Virus record (IMG/VR): IMGVR_UViG_3300043540_000321
Location: 131,212 to 195,211 of that record
Source: a virus
Strand: one strand, 5' to 3'
Length of the DNA stretch: 64,000 bases
Shown: piece after piece, positions 21,160 through 30,107 of the stretch
How positions within the stretch are numbered: the first letter of the stretch is position 1
How the letters are laid out: every line of letters begins with the position of its first letter
Translations under genes and position numbers: made by a program
The notes under the pieces: model-generated
Told to the model about the DNA's origin: nothing
The model's input: only the letters and a program-made list of their open reading frames with translations
Databases searched by the model: none

Positions 21160-22017
21160 TTACAACTTGAATTTGCGAAGAGCCAGCTTAATAGCCGCAT
21201 TGTGAGCTTCGTCAAGGTCGTCGACGTAAAGACGAGGTGTCATGTCCTCAACGTACGCCACCGCTCTTAGACCCTCTTCCTCAGGAATGTAGTTGCGCCC
21301 AATAGAGGAGTCCCCTGAGACACACTCCCAGACTCGTACCATCTCGGCCTTACGGAGACCGAAGAGTCCTAAATAGACATGGTCTGTCCACTTGGCGTAT
21401 CTCCCTTCAGGGTCATTTTGCTGCAAAAAGTCCGTATATCGTTTACGACAGAGAACTCCTGCATTTCGAGCTTCCATCCATTTAGTTGTAGCTCGGCTGT
21501 CTTTCGCGGTGTAGACACCCTTAATAGCCGTATACGCTTCAGCGTAGAAACCTTTAATCGCAAACCACCGAATAAAATCTACAAGCTTTCTCTTAAGACT
21601 CTTGTCTGTTTTACCGGGATTGACTATAAGGTCTGCTGCTAGGTCAAACCAATCTGAAGCTTCGATAACTGTATATGAGTTACGGTCAGCTCCAAAGATT
21701 TGCATCACCCTCAAACTCTTACCAGACGGGAGTTCGAGACAGTCGTAACCGTCTTTCTGAATCACCCATCTTGAAAGAGTCGACTGGGCAATACCGATAT
21801 GTCTCTCAGCCATTCGAAGACCAAAACCGACAGAAGGTTGCCCTTCTCCTAACCCATTTGGGTCAACAACTATCGCTTCAAACTCACGACCTTCAAAAAC
21901 CAGTTTGATACGATCGCCTTGTTCACAGTGAAAAGAAGATGTCATACTAACCTTAGTCCAGGCCATACCTGGGCGAGTCGTCACTGGACAGGTGTGTGTT
22001 ACCTCCCAGTGGCGCAT
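21160..22017 (-). CDS. Cyanobacterial mobile-element DNA-binding protein (antirepressor-like, tentative)
   Basis: FEGREFEAIVVDPNGLG..QPSVGFGLRM...QSTLSRWV HTH-like region; start may be ATG 21945. Confidence 0.5.
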   Translation of the reverse strand: MRHWEVTHTCPVTTRPGMAWTKVSMTSSFHCEQGDRIKLVFEGREFEAIVVDPNGLGEGQPSVGFGLRMAERHIGIAQSTLSRWVIQKDGYDCLELPSGKSLRVMQIFGADRNSYTVIEASDWFDLAADLIVNPGKTDKSLKRKLVDFIRWFAIKGFYAEAYTAIKGVYTAKDSRATTKWMEARNAGVLCRKRYTDFLQQNDPEGRYAKWTDHVYLGLFGLRKAEMVRVWECVSGDSSIGRNYIPEEEGLRAVAYVEDMTPRLYVDDLDEAHNAAIKLALRKFKL

Positions 22018-22164
22018 TTTTTTGTCTTTTCTATTCTAATAAGCCAGATTAGTCATTAACCGGACAGTTCAGAAATCAGCAAATGCACACCTATCAGCTA
22101 GGTGCTAGGATTAAGCTGGATTAGATTTGGGTACCTTCGATGCCTGAAGGCGTTGAGCAAAGCA

Positions 22165-22290
22165 AACCCGATCGACCTCCTCGAAGTCCTTTGCATTGTT
22201 AGGAGGATACCTCTGATGCCGTTAGGCGATGGTTATAACCCAATCGAACTCCTGGAAATCCTTTGTACTGTTAGAGGAATACTAATCATG
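22165..22290 (+). repeat. 72-bp-period imperfect tandem repeat, each unit ending in SD+ATG
   Basis: Units 22165-22218 and 22237-22290 encode NPIDLLEVLCIVRRIPLM and NPIELLEILCTVRGILIM. Confidence 0.85.
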
Positions 22291-22617
22291 GTCTCTCCTG
22301 CTGATTTCAACTCTCACCTGGCCGCCTACGAGCAATCTGTGCTCGATCTGATCGACAAGACCAAAACTCAAGTTGACGAATACTACCAGAACTTGATTGC
22401 TAAGGCTGTAGCTGACGCGATCGCTCCTTTCCAAGCCAGCATTGATGCAGGCGACACTGAACTGGGTAAGGCTCTGGCCGCAGTCCAAGCAAAATTGGGT
22501 GCGATCGTTCCCGCTGCTCAAGCTCTGCCTACTCCTGCCCCTGTGGTAGCTGCTCCTCCCGAAGCATCTGCTCCTGTAGCTCCTGTAGCTCCCGCTGCTC
22601 CCGCTGCTGGTCAGTAA
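22216..22617 (+). CDS. Helical protein with Pro/Ala-rich tail
   Basis: Candidate starts at 22216 (AGGAGG) or 22288; terminator at 22664-22694. Confidence 0.7.
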   Translation: MPLGDGYNPIELLEILCTVRGILIMVSPADFNSHLAAYEQSVLDLIDKTKTQVDEYYQNLIAKAVADAIAPFQASIDAGDTELGKALAAVQAKLGAIVPAAQALPTPAPVVAAPPEASAPVAPVAPAAPAAGQ

Positions 22618-22707
22618 GCTATAATGGACACAATGTCCTAGAGTTATTCAAACTCAACACGCTAAACCCTGGGTTTACAGACCCAGGGTTTTTTAAGGAG
22701 AAATTTT

Positions 22708-23082
22708 ATGGACTTTTTACCGGAAGAGCTGACAAAAGAACCCATCGTCGACCTGATTAGACTCTTCGAGTCTCGCCATCAAGCGAGCATCGACTCCTTC
22801 TGGAGAATCAATAGACAATGCAGAGTTAATGCAGGTCGCGATGTTGCTGTTGAAATTTTCTATAGCAACACTACTCGGTATGTTCAAATTTACGAACGGG
22901 GTAGTGATGAGTATTTCCTCTACGCTCTGTTACAAGGTGGCATTCGGATTTTAGGAGCGAAAGCAAAGTCTATAGATTTCGTCATCAATCTGTTAGAGAC
23001 AGCGGTTGACCACTTCGACCACCGTTATCAGTTCGTCGATCCAGACCGTCCGGTCGTTGACTCTGCCGTTGGAGTGTCTTAA
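22708..23082 (+). CDS. Hypothetical protein
   Basis: AAGGAG SD, 124 aa. Confidence 0.65.
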   Translation: MDFLPEELTKEPIVDLIRLFESRHQASIDSFWRINRQCRVNAGRDVAVEIFYSNTTRYVQIYERGSDEYFLYALLQGGIRILGAKAKSIDFVINLLETAVDHFDHRYQFVDPDRPVVDSAVGVS

Positions 23083-23605
23083 ACGCGGCATGACTTCGCG
23101 GGTCTATGAAAGAGTGGTGAATCTGATGCAGACTTTCCCTCAAAATGTTGCGGATGGTCAGCCGCAGCTCTTCGTCTTGATCGGAGCGGTTCTCCTGAGC
23201 TAAGTGAATAATGTTCTTCACCACGTCCAGGCGACGTTGGATCTCCTCCGGACAGACCAGGGGTGCGTGTCCTTCCTGCTCCTCTCGCATAGGCGACAAA
23301 ATCTCCTCAAAGACCCATTTCCACAGCGGGAGGGCGAGAGGAGACTTGCTGCACCCAATCACATAGTACAAACCGCCCTCAAGCAGGGTATAAACGGACT
23401 GTTCGCCGGATGTTGTCTGAACCACTCTGAGCGATTGCCACTCTTTGGGCACTTTTGCCATTAAAGGGGCGATGGCCTCATTTCGACGATCTTTCACGTC
23501 GTAGAGCAGAGGCAAAATATCGCTGGCAAACCATTCAGGCTTATCAATGGTTCCTATGAATCGAATGCTGTATTGCCCCTGGAAGACAAAAGTTTGTGGA
23601 AGCAT
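22985..23605 (-). CDS. Bro-N domain protein (phage antirepressor-like)
   Basis: QTFVFQGQYSIRFIG...PEWFASDI...EGGLYYVIGCSKSPLA...WKWVFEEIL. Confidence 0.85.
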   Translation of the reverse strand: MLPQTFVFQGQYSIRFIGTIDKPEWFASDILPLLYDVKDRRNEAIAPLMAKVPKEWQSLRVVQTTSGEQSVYTLLEGGLYYVIGCSKSPLALPLWKWVFEEILSPMREEQEGHAPLVCPEEIQRRLDVVKNIIHLAQENRSDQDEELRLTIRNILRESLHQIHHSFIDPRSHAAFKTLQRQSQRPDGLDRRTDNGGRSGQPLSLTD

Positions 23606-23845
23606 TTTTTTTTGAACTGTTCAAGATTTGCCTCCATTCTGCCAAAATTTGAGACTTCTGAAAATAGGGAATTTGAGCCATTTTCCTTTTTTTAGAGAAA
23701 AACCAATATAGGACCCAGCGCGATTTTTTTCGAGATCTGAATTTTTTCCAATTTCGCCTACTAAACAAAATCGAACGATTTTCAAGGCGATGACTTTCGC
23801 TAAATTGGAGGTAGGTGATTCCTTATTTACTTATAGTGCAGAGTT

Positions 23846-24664
23846 ATGAAACTGAAATTCGCGTGGTGGCAACTGTTTGGGTGTGTTTTAGGGATTGTTG
23901 CGACGACTGTTCCGGCTGACACCGCCGTCCTTTATCACGAACCCTCTGACAATGGGGGCTATGGGTACGTTGACCATCGTGAAGACTTCCATCGGGAAGC
24001 CAGAGTCTTTTACAGAAACGGATTACTCCTCAGAGAGCATCCAGGCTGGGGCGAGGTGTTTGGACATCTTGACTACCTCGATCGCATTGTTGTGATTCAG
24101 TGTGCGGGCAGACATAAGCATCGTCCCTGGGTGAAGGTCTACGTTCCGCAGTTAGGTGTGGTGGGATATGTCGCGGCGAACAATCTCGAGCAGACCTTCG
24201 CAGACCAATGCCCAGGATTAATAAAACCGTGGGATGAGATCGCCGGAGGCCCAGACTACTGGAGAAACGTCGGTGATCGAGATGGGGACGACAGCGATTG
24301 GTATCGAACGGGTAGACATCACCATCACCGCCGTCGTGATTGTGACGATCCTTGCGAAGAGCAAGAGCCTAAGTGCGATAATGGAGCTGTACCACAGCCT
24401 GCCCCTTCTCCATCTCCATCTACTCCACCCGACAGAGATGATGGGGGAGCTAATATCTTTCGTTCGCAGCGTCGTGTTCCAATTCATAATCGATTCGATT
24501 TACCTGTTGATGACGATGGCTGTCCTCGAGTTACTGCTATTGTTTCTGAGGATAATCTCTCAAACCTAGCTGAGGTTAATGACCTTAGCTGCGATATCCA
24601 GACTGCGTGTTATCGGCAAGAGTTAAAGACCTACCATAGGGTGCCCGCCAGCCCTCTGCTCTAG
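23846..24664 (+). CDS. Secreted SH3b-like protein; C-terminus probably derived from the IscB-element end
   Basis: Signal peptide; LLLREHPG...WVKVYVPQLGVVGYVAANNL; Pro-rich linker. Confidence 0.7.
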   Translation: MKLKFAWWQLFGCVLGIVATTVPADTAVLYHEPSDNGGYGYVDHREDFHREARVFYRNGLLLREHPGWGEVFGHLDYLDRIVVIQCAGRHKHRPWVKVYVPQLGVVGYVAANNLEQTFADQCPGLIKPWDEIAGGPDYWRNVGDRDGDDSDWYRTGRHHHHRRRDCDDPCEEQEPKCDNGAVPQPAPSPSPSTPPDRDDGGANIFRSQRRVPIHNRFDLPVDDDGCPRVTAIVSEDNLSNLAEVNDLSCDIQTACYRQELKTYHRVPASPLL

Positions 24665-24899
24665 AACTGAACAGTTAAACAGGAACAGGGTTTGTATAAA
24701 TGTCCAGTGCTGTTTGGAAAGTACCGACCGATAACAATGTCGAGGCAAACATTACAAGAAATTGGCACTCACAACCATGAGTAATTTCGTTTTTGTATTG
24801 GATACGAATCGAAAACCTCTGACTCCTTGCAAACCTTCAAAGGCGAGAATGCTATTGAAAGCGAGCAAGGCAGCAGTTTTCCGGCGGTATCCGTGTTGA
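24595..24899 (+). mobile_element. iscB: IscB (RRXRR/PLMP) remnant: partial omegaRNA scaffold plus 40-codon iscB stub
   Basis: ATG 24777 MSNFVFVLDTNRKPLTPCKPSKARMLLKASKAAVFRRYP then C-stop; upstream GTTATCGGCAAGAGTTAAAGACCTACC...CTGCTCTAGAAC...CAGTTAAACAGG...GATAACAATGTCGAGGCAAACATTAC resembles HEARO/omegaRNA; 5' boundary approximate. Confidence 0.85.
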
Positions 24900-25014
24900 G
24901 GGGCTGACAGTAGACCTTAACTGTGAAACTGCGCCTATCCGCTATACCTTAAAAGACTTCAAGTATACCGTTGCTGAAGACGCATTAAGTCATGCCACAA
25001 CGCAAAACTGAGCG

Positions 25015-25145
25015 GTCACGTACCCCGCTCTGAAGAGACGGGGCTTGAATAAACTCTCGCCAAAGAGTTGCCTCAAGACTAAACGCGAGACTAGACGCTA
25101 CGGGCAACCGTAGGTCAACCAACTGAACGATTTACTGCCCGTACG
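25015..25145. mobile_element. Orphan IS200/IS605-superfamily end with structured RNA (omegaRNA 5' part on +, or TnpB right end on -)
   Basis: GTCACGTACCCCGCTCTGAAGAGACGGGGCTTG terminal hairpin; CTACGG-GCAA-CCGTAG hairpin; TACGGGCA/TGCCCGTA alternative pairing. Confidence 0.65.
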
Positions 25146-25187
25146 ACAGTGTAGAAGAGTGTGTTATTCCAGATCCAGGAGCTTGAT

Positions 25188-25829
25188 ATGGGAAACCGAA
25201 TTACAACCGAGTACAAACCAGGCAAAGGTGACTTGGGGTACTCCGAAATCATGCACGGGCTGGTCTTGAGGAAAGACCACCCTGCTTGTGAGGTGCAAGG
25301 TGCCTTCGAGGAAGTTCGGTCGGCGATCGAGTCTGTGTTGGTATTAGACCCAACCGTTCAGGACTGTAACTTAAAAGATGTTCTCATATACATCGATCGA
25401 AATATATTCTCCTTAGGTTCCTTCTGCTACAAGAAGGGAGATTCTAGCCGGCATGTGTTGCCTGAGTCTTTATTAAATTTTCTGAACCAGGAGACCGAAC
25501 GTTTGAAGCAGACGTTAGGTAACTGCCCGGACTTTGTAGGGTATTCTCATCCTCTTCTTGTCGCCCTCGACCGGTGTCGAGTCGAGGTGAGGAAAGCTGA
25601 GCGTCGCTATAATGCGTGGAGATTCTGCGATGAGATGACAACTCATGTCGTCTACAACAATCATCTAGAGGGCAACATCTGCCTGCACGCCGCTATCCTC
25701 AATCGCTTAAGTGCCTACTTATTCGAGGCAACCCGGCAAGAGGCTATGTTCCTTGTAGCTACGGGGCTAAATGCCGAGCCTCGAGTCTGGCAATCAGAAG
25801 TCGAACCCTTCTGTACCACATCAATCTAG
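25188..25829 (+). CDS. pduO: PduO-type cob(I)alamin adenosyltransferase-like protein
   Basis: KGDLGYS...RKDHP..EVQGAFEEVRSAI; RVEVRKAERR; ILNRLSAYLFEATR match the PduO pattern (GD.G.T, KD..R.EA.G..DE, RT.CRRAER, YLNRLSD.LF..AR); AGGAG SD before ATG 25188. Confidence 0.8.
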   Translation: MGNRITTEYKPGKGDLGYSEIMHGLVLRKDHPACEVQGAFEEVRSAIESVLVLDPTVQDCNLKDVLIYIDRNIFSLGSFCYKKGDSSRHVLPESLLNFLNQETERLKQTLGNCPDFVGYSHPLLVALDRCRVEVRKAERRYNAWRFCDEMTTHVVYNNHLEGNICLHAAILNRLSAYLFEATRQEAMFLVATGLNAEPRVWQSEVEPFCTTSI

Positions 25830-25891
25830 CTCCAGTAAATCGATCACAATTCTTCAGACGTTCTCTCTTAAGTTGAGGGAACGTCTGATTT

Positions 25892-28800
25892 TTGCAACCC
25901 TACACCCAACGACGACCTATGTACGACCTCCGTTACGTCGATGTTATAAACCCGATCTACCTGACAAAGGAATTCTTAGAGCCCTACGCAGCAAAGGAAC
26001 CTCCCTTCGCAAATGCCGTCGCCCTCATCACAGCGATGAGAACTTACCTTCGCTTCGTCGACGAGTTCGGGCGGCGGGAGAAGTGGTGGGAGATGTGTCT
26101 CCGAGTTACGGAGTACAGCCTGTCTCTATACCGTGGACCCGCCTCGTTTGAAGAACTGAAGAAGGAGGCTGAGGAGTTCTTCGATCACATCTTCAACCTG
26201 AAGATATTTCCTGCCGGCAGAACGATGTGGATTGGCGGAACGAAAGTTACCGACACCGACGGAACGAGCAACATGAATTGCAGCTTCAGAGTGATAGACT
26301 CTCTCGATGCCTATTCGGAGATGCTCTACCTATCTCTCTGTGGGTCTGGAACCGGGTTTTCTGTAGAACGACGATACGTTGATAAATTACCCAAGTTGAT
26401 TGTTCCTGAGGTAATCCACCAACCGTACAACCCTAAACCAAAGGACAAGCGGTACGAGAACACGATCGTTAAGGTTGGGACGAAGGAGTTCTCTCTTCGA
26501 ACTCCTTATCTAATTAATAAATTTGACAGTTGCCTGGAGCGTCATGCCGACTCTGTCTCTGCCTTCGAGGCATCCATCACCGTCGGGGATAGCAAAGTCG
26601 GCTGGGCTGTAGCCGTCAAGGCTCTTTTAAGACTGCTGACTTGTTATTCCATCAAGCAGATCATCATTAACTACGACAGCATTCGAAGGGCTGGCGAGAG
26701 GTTGATGACGTTCGGCGGGCGAGCGTCTGGGCCCGACCCTCTCCGTTGGTCGATCGGGCGCGTGATGGAAATTATTAAAGCGTGTGACGGAAGGTTGAGT
26801 TCGAGGGATGCGATGGATATCTCCAACATCCTCGGGTTCGCTGTCGTATCGGGTGGCGTCCGGCGCACCGCTCAGATTACCCTGGGAGACATAGACGATG
26901 TGGACTTCATCACGGCCAAGTATGGGCTGTGGGATGAGAAAAACCACCCCGAGCTGAAGATATTCCAGGAAACGAGATCGCTCAGCAACAACTCCGTCCA
27001 TGTGTGGAAGAAGCCACCGCTGAAACAACTTAAGGATATTCTTGCTCGCGCTCGGTACAACGGCGAGCCCGGATTCTACATCGCAGAAAACGCGCTGAAG
27101 CGTCATCCTAGATACAAGGGTACTAACCCATGTGGAGAGATCTTGCTGGACTCTTCTCAAACTTGTAACTTGTGTGAGGTAGTCGTTTCAGCCTTTGTCA
27201 AGAACGGTCGCTTCCAGTACAAAGAGTTCGAGTACGCTCTGCGTTTAGCCACTCGCCACGGCAGCCGAATTACTAATATTCAGATGTGGCATCCCGATTG
27301 GGATGTCATCCAAAAACGCGATCGCCTGCTCGGTGTCTCTCTAACCGGACAGGTTGACGCTTGGCAGATGTTGGGCTGGGCGTATCAGATTAATGAAAGT
27401 GGATCCTACACCCACGGCACAGACGAGCGCGTCCAGGATGTGCTTCACCTGGCGAAGCAAGCTGTTCGAACGGAGGCTGATAGCTATCATGCCGAGATGG
27501 GCATCCCTCAGTCGTTGTTAACAACATGCGTCAAACCCAGTGGTTGTAGACCCTGGAATGCTTTAACGACAACAGACCAAGGGGTATTAACTTTGGAGGA
27601 GTTGTTGGAGAAGCACCCAGACGATAAGGTTTGGGGTGATATGGAGGGGTACAGAGCAGTAAATGAGGGAGTGCTGAGCAAAATTACCAAGTCATATAAT
27701 AACGGAGTCGAAACTGTACACGACATACAGCTCTCTCTAGGGTTTAGACTTCAGTCAACCGGAAATCACCGCTGGTTTGTGAAAGAACGAGTAGTGCGTT
27801 CGGCAAACTCTAAGAGACGATTGGTACGATTGGTAGATGTGCATCAGTGGGTCGAAACTAAAGACCTTCAACCAGGAGATGTAATAGAAGTTCGGCCGAA
27901 CACCTACAACAAAGTTGAAGAGGCCCCTCTACAGAGAGTAAATAAGCTTGCTTTTTCTATGCGGAACGATGCAACGCCTATCCTCCAACCAGACCGAATG
28001 AACCCAGAACTCGGCTGGTTGTTAGGGTACCTCTGGGGAAATGGAGCCATGTCTCAGGGTGGATATAGAATCCGGTTTGTGGACGAGCTGCAAACCAAGT
28101 TAGAAAAGGTCGAACAGATATTGAGAAGTCAATTTGGTATTGACAGCTCTGTTCGAAAGTTAAATGACCGCAAGGCATTTTCTTTAGAGGTGGGTAGCAA
28201 ACATCTATGGCACTGGCTGATAAAGAACGAGGTATGGAAGTACTATGCTGATGGGTTGGACATTATTCCAAAAATAGTGCGCTCTTCATCGAGGGAAACT
28301 ATTATTGCGTTCATTGCTGGTCTAGTTGACTCGGATGGATGGGTAGGTTACTCGAGAAAAGAACAACAGGTAAAAACTGTAGTCTTGTCGAGCGCGTACG
28401 ACCTATTTGCAGAACATCTTCAGCATGTAGCTCTATCTGTGGGTTTGTGTATCGGAAGGTCGCTAAACTCAAAGGGAGATAACCTACAGGAACAAAAACA
28501 TATCTGGTTGATGGGGTTCAACCAATATTCCGATTCAGAAAGTTTTGAAATTCTTTCAAAACACTCTCTGAAGATTCAATCCATCTACCATTTACCTGGT
28601 AGATGGGTTCATGAAAACCCTGCCCGGAATACTAAACCTCTAGGAGAGGTTATATCGATACAAGAAAGTGGCGAAATGCCTACCTTCGATATCGAAGTCG
28701 AAAACACTCACTGGTACTATGCCGGAGCGTTTAAGAGTCATAACACCGTTAGCCTGGTCGCTGGCTGTAGCTCGGGTGCTCATATGGGATATGCCCCCTA

Positions 28801-29338
28801 CTACATCCGTCGGATGCAGATTGATCGTCATGACCCTCTCGCTCATGCACTTCTGTCCAAGGGTCTGAACCCCCGTCCAAAGAACAACCAGGGCGACGAC
28901 CTCTACGGAGAAGGCGTAACAACCTGGGTGTTCGACTTCCCCATGACTTCCAACACTCCTATCCGAGCGATCGACGAGCCCGCGGTTTCGCAACTCGAAC
29001 GGTATAAAGAGTTGATGCGACTGTACGTGGAACATAACGTCAGCTTCACCTGTTCAGTCGACGACCACGAATGGGATACAGTTGCGGAGTGGGTTTACAA
29101 GAACTGGGATGACATTGTGGGGATAGCCTTCTTCCCTAAATTCGATCCTACGATCGGCACGCCAAACCCAGACCTCGCCTATATCCCCTGTAGTAAAGAG
29201 GCCTACCAGGAACTGGCGGCGACCATGCCTCAGTTTACCGAATCAGAACTGAACGACCTGGTCGCTCAGTTCGAGACGGAATATGAGGAGTACAGCCTGG
29301 ATTCAGAGTGCTCCACCGGAGCTTGCCCAGTTCGTTAA
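25892..29338 (+). CDS. nrdJ: Class II (adenosylcobalamin-dependent, monomeric RTPR-type) ribonucleotide reductase containing an intein
   Basis: FPAGRTMW, NCSF, GSGTGFSV, VVSGGVRRTAQI, TNPCGEILL...CNL, TCVKPSG|TVSLVAG, C-terminal ECSTGACPVR. Confidence 0.95.
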   Translation: MQPYTQRRPMYDLRYVDVINPIYLTKEFLEPYAAKEPPFANAVALITAMRTYLRFVDEFGRREKWWEMCLRVTEYSLSLYRGPASFEELKKEAEEFFDHIFNLKIFPAGRTMWIGGTKVTDTDGTSNMNCSFRVIDSLDAYSEMLYLSLCGSGTGFSVERRYVDKLPKLIVPEVIHQPYNPKPKDKRYENTIVKVGTKEFSLRTPYLINKFDSCLERHADSVSAFEASITVGDSKVGWAVAVKALLRLLTCYSIKQIIINYDSIRRAGERLMTFGGRASGPDPLRWSIGRVMEIIKACDGRLSSRDAMDISNILGFAVVSGGVRRTAQITLGDIDDVDFITAKYGLWDEKNHPELKIFQETRSLSNNSVHVWKKPPLKQLKDILARARYNGEPGFYIAENALKRHPRYKGTNPCGEILLDSSQTCNLCEVVVSAFVKNGRFQYKEFEYALRLATRHGSRITNIQMWHPDWDVIQKRDRLLGVSLTGQVDAWQMLGWAYQINESGSYTHGTDERVQDVLHLAKQAVRTEADSYHAEMGIPQSLLTTCVKPSGCRPWNALTTTDQGVLTLEELLEKHPDDKVWGDMEGYRAVNEGVLSKITKSYNNGVETVHDIQLSLGFRLQSTGNHRWFVKERVVRSANSKRRLVRLVDVHQWVETKDLQPGDVIEVRPNTYNKVEEAPLQRVNKLAFSMRNDATPILQPDRMNPELGWLLGYLWGNGAMSQGGYRIRFVDELQTKLEKVEQILRSQFGIDSSVRKLNDRKAFSLEVGSKHLWHWLIKNEVWKYYADGLDIIPKIVRSSSRETIIAFIAGLVDSDGWVGYSRKEQQVKTVVLSSAYDLFAEHLQHVALSVGLCIGRSLNSKGDNLQEQKHIWLMGFNQYSDSESFEILSKHSLKIQSIYHLPGRWVHENPARNTKPLGEVISIQESGEMPTFDIEVENTHWYYAGAFKSHNTVSLVAGCSSGAHMGYAPYYIRRMQIDRHDPLAHALLSKGLNPRPKNNQGDDLYGEGVTTWVFDFPMTSNTPIRAIDEPAVSQLERYKELMRLYVEHNVSFTCSVDDHEWDTVAEWVYKNWDDIVGIAFFPKFDPTIGTPNPDLAYIPCSKEAYQELAATMPQFTESELNDLVAQFETEYEEYSLDSECSTGACPVR
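27545..28744 (+). mobile_element. 400-aa intein with LAGLIDADG endonuclease domain
   Basis: Inserted in KPSG/T; begins Cys (CRPWNAL), ends KSHN, +1 Thr; LLGYLWGNG and FIAGLVDSDG motifs. Confidence 0.95.
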
Positions 29339-29354
29339 TAAAAAGTTAAGTCTT

Positions 29355-29398
29355 AAGATAGAGGGAATCCAGACCTGGATTCCCTCTATCTTTTTTTT
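29355..29398 (+). terminator. Intrinsic terminator, 18-bp perfect stem
   Basis: AAGATAGAGGGAATCCAG-AC-CTGGATTCCCTCTATCTT plus T-run. Confidence 0.9.
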
Positions 29399-29409
29399 GA
29401 ACTAGAACG

Positions 29410-29582
29410 ATGTTGAAACACCAAGAAAATGATATCGCTGCGATCTGGCAGCGAACTCCTGTGATTCGTTACTCAGGTGGCACACTTGACGGGGCCTTAA
29501 TTAATGAGATTGGCGACGAGATGCTCCAGCAACTTATTGCTGAAACAGAACTCAGCGTCATGGATATTAAGAACCAGCTCAC
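29410..29582 (+). pseudogene. 5' part of a small gene split by IS605; 3' part at 31704-31740
   Basis: Joining 29582 to 31704 restores ...KNQLTSLEVVKEVTEA-stop, overlapping the ATG at 31737. Confidence 0.75.
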
Positions 29583-29644
29583 AGAAGCGGAGCTGGAAGC
29601 CCCCGCGATTCATCCGGGGGAGGAAAGCGAGAGGCTGAATTTAT

Positions 29645-30043
29645 TCAGCCATGATGCGGGTCATTGATGTAGTCAAGGATTTTCTGAGTACTGATCTTGC
29701 CAGTTGTATCGAAGCCATACGAATGCGTCCACAAGCTAGGCAATTTAAGCAACTCTGGAAACTCCTGTCTGAGAATGCGAGCTGACCTTCCTTTGAATGC
29801 TTTGACGACTTGTGCAATGGAATGAGTTGGATCATATTCCACCAACAAATGCACGTGGTCTGATGCAATCTCTAACGCCTTGATAAACCATCCCTGCTCC
29901 TTCGCTACGCCATAGAAAATCTCGGCACAGCGCTGCTTTAGGTCTTCGCGTCGGTAAAAGATTTTCCTGCGCCTGCATGGAATCCATATCAAGTGGACTG
30001 TTGCCAGCCCAACCGCGTGATTGTAATGTTTGTATTCCGTCAT
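29645..30043 (-). CDS. tnpA: IS200-type Y1 transposase TnpA
   Basis: HLIWIPCRRR, DHVHLL (HUH), LWTHSY. Confidence 0.95.
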   Translation of the reverse strand: MTEYKHYNHAVGLATVHLIWIPCRRRKIFYRREDLKQRCAEIFYGVAKEQGWFIKALEIASDHVHLLVEYDPTHSIAQVVKAFKGRSARILRQEFPELLKLPSLWTHSYGFDTTGKISTQKILDYINDPHHG

Positions 30044-30107
30044 TGTAGATAGCTAGCACTCATCTACAATCTATAGTACAATAAAACTATCTGTTAAATT
30101 CCTCGGT

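Noticed and set aside
26627-29035. Minus-strand ORFs inside nrdJ and other long genes (also 39524-42775)
   Set aside because: Shadow frames antisense to strongly supported genes, with no SD or motifs
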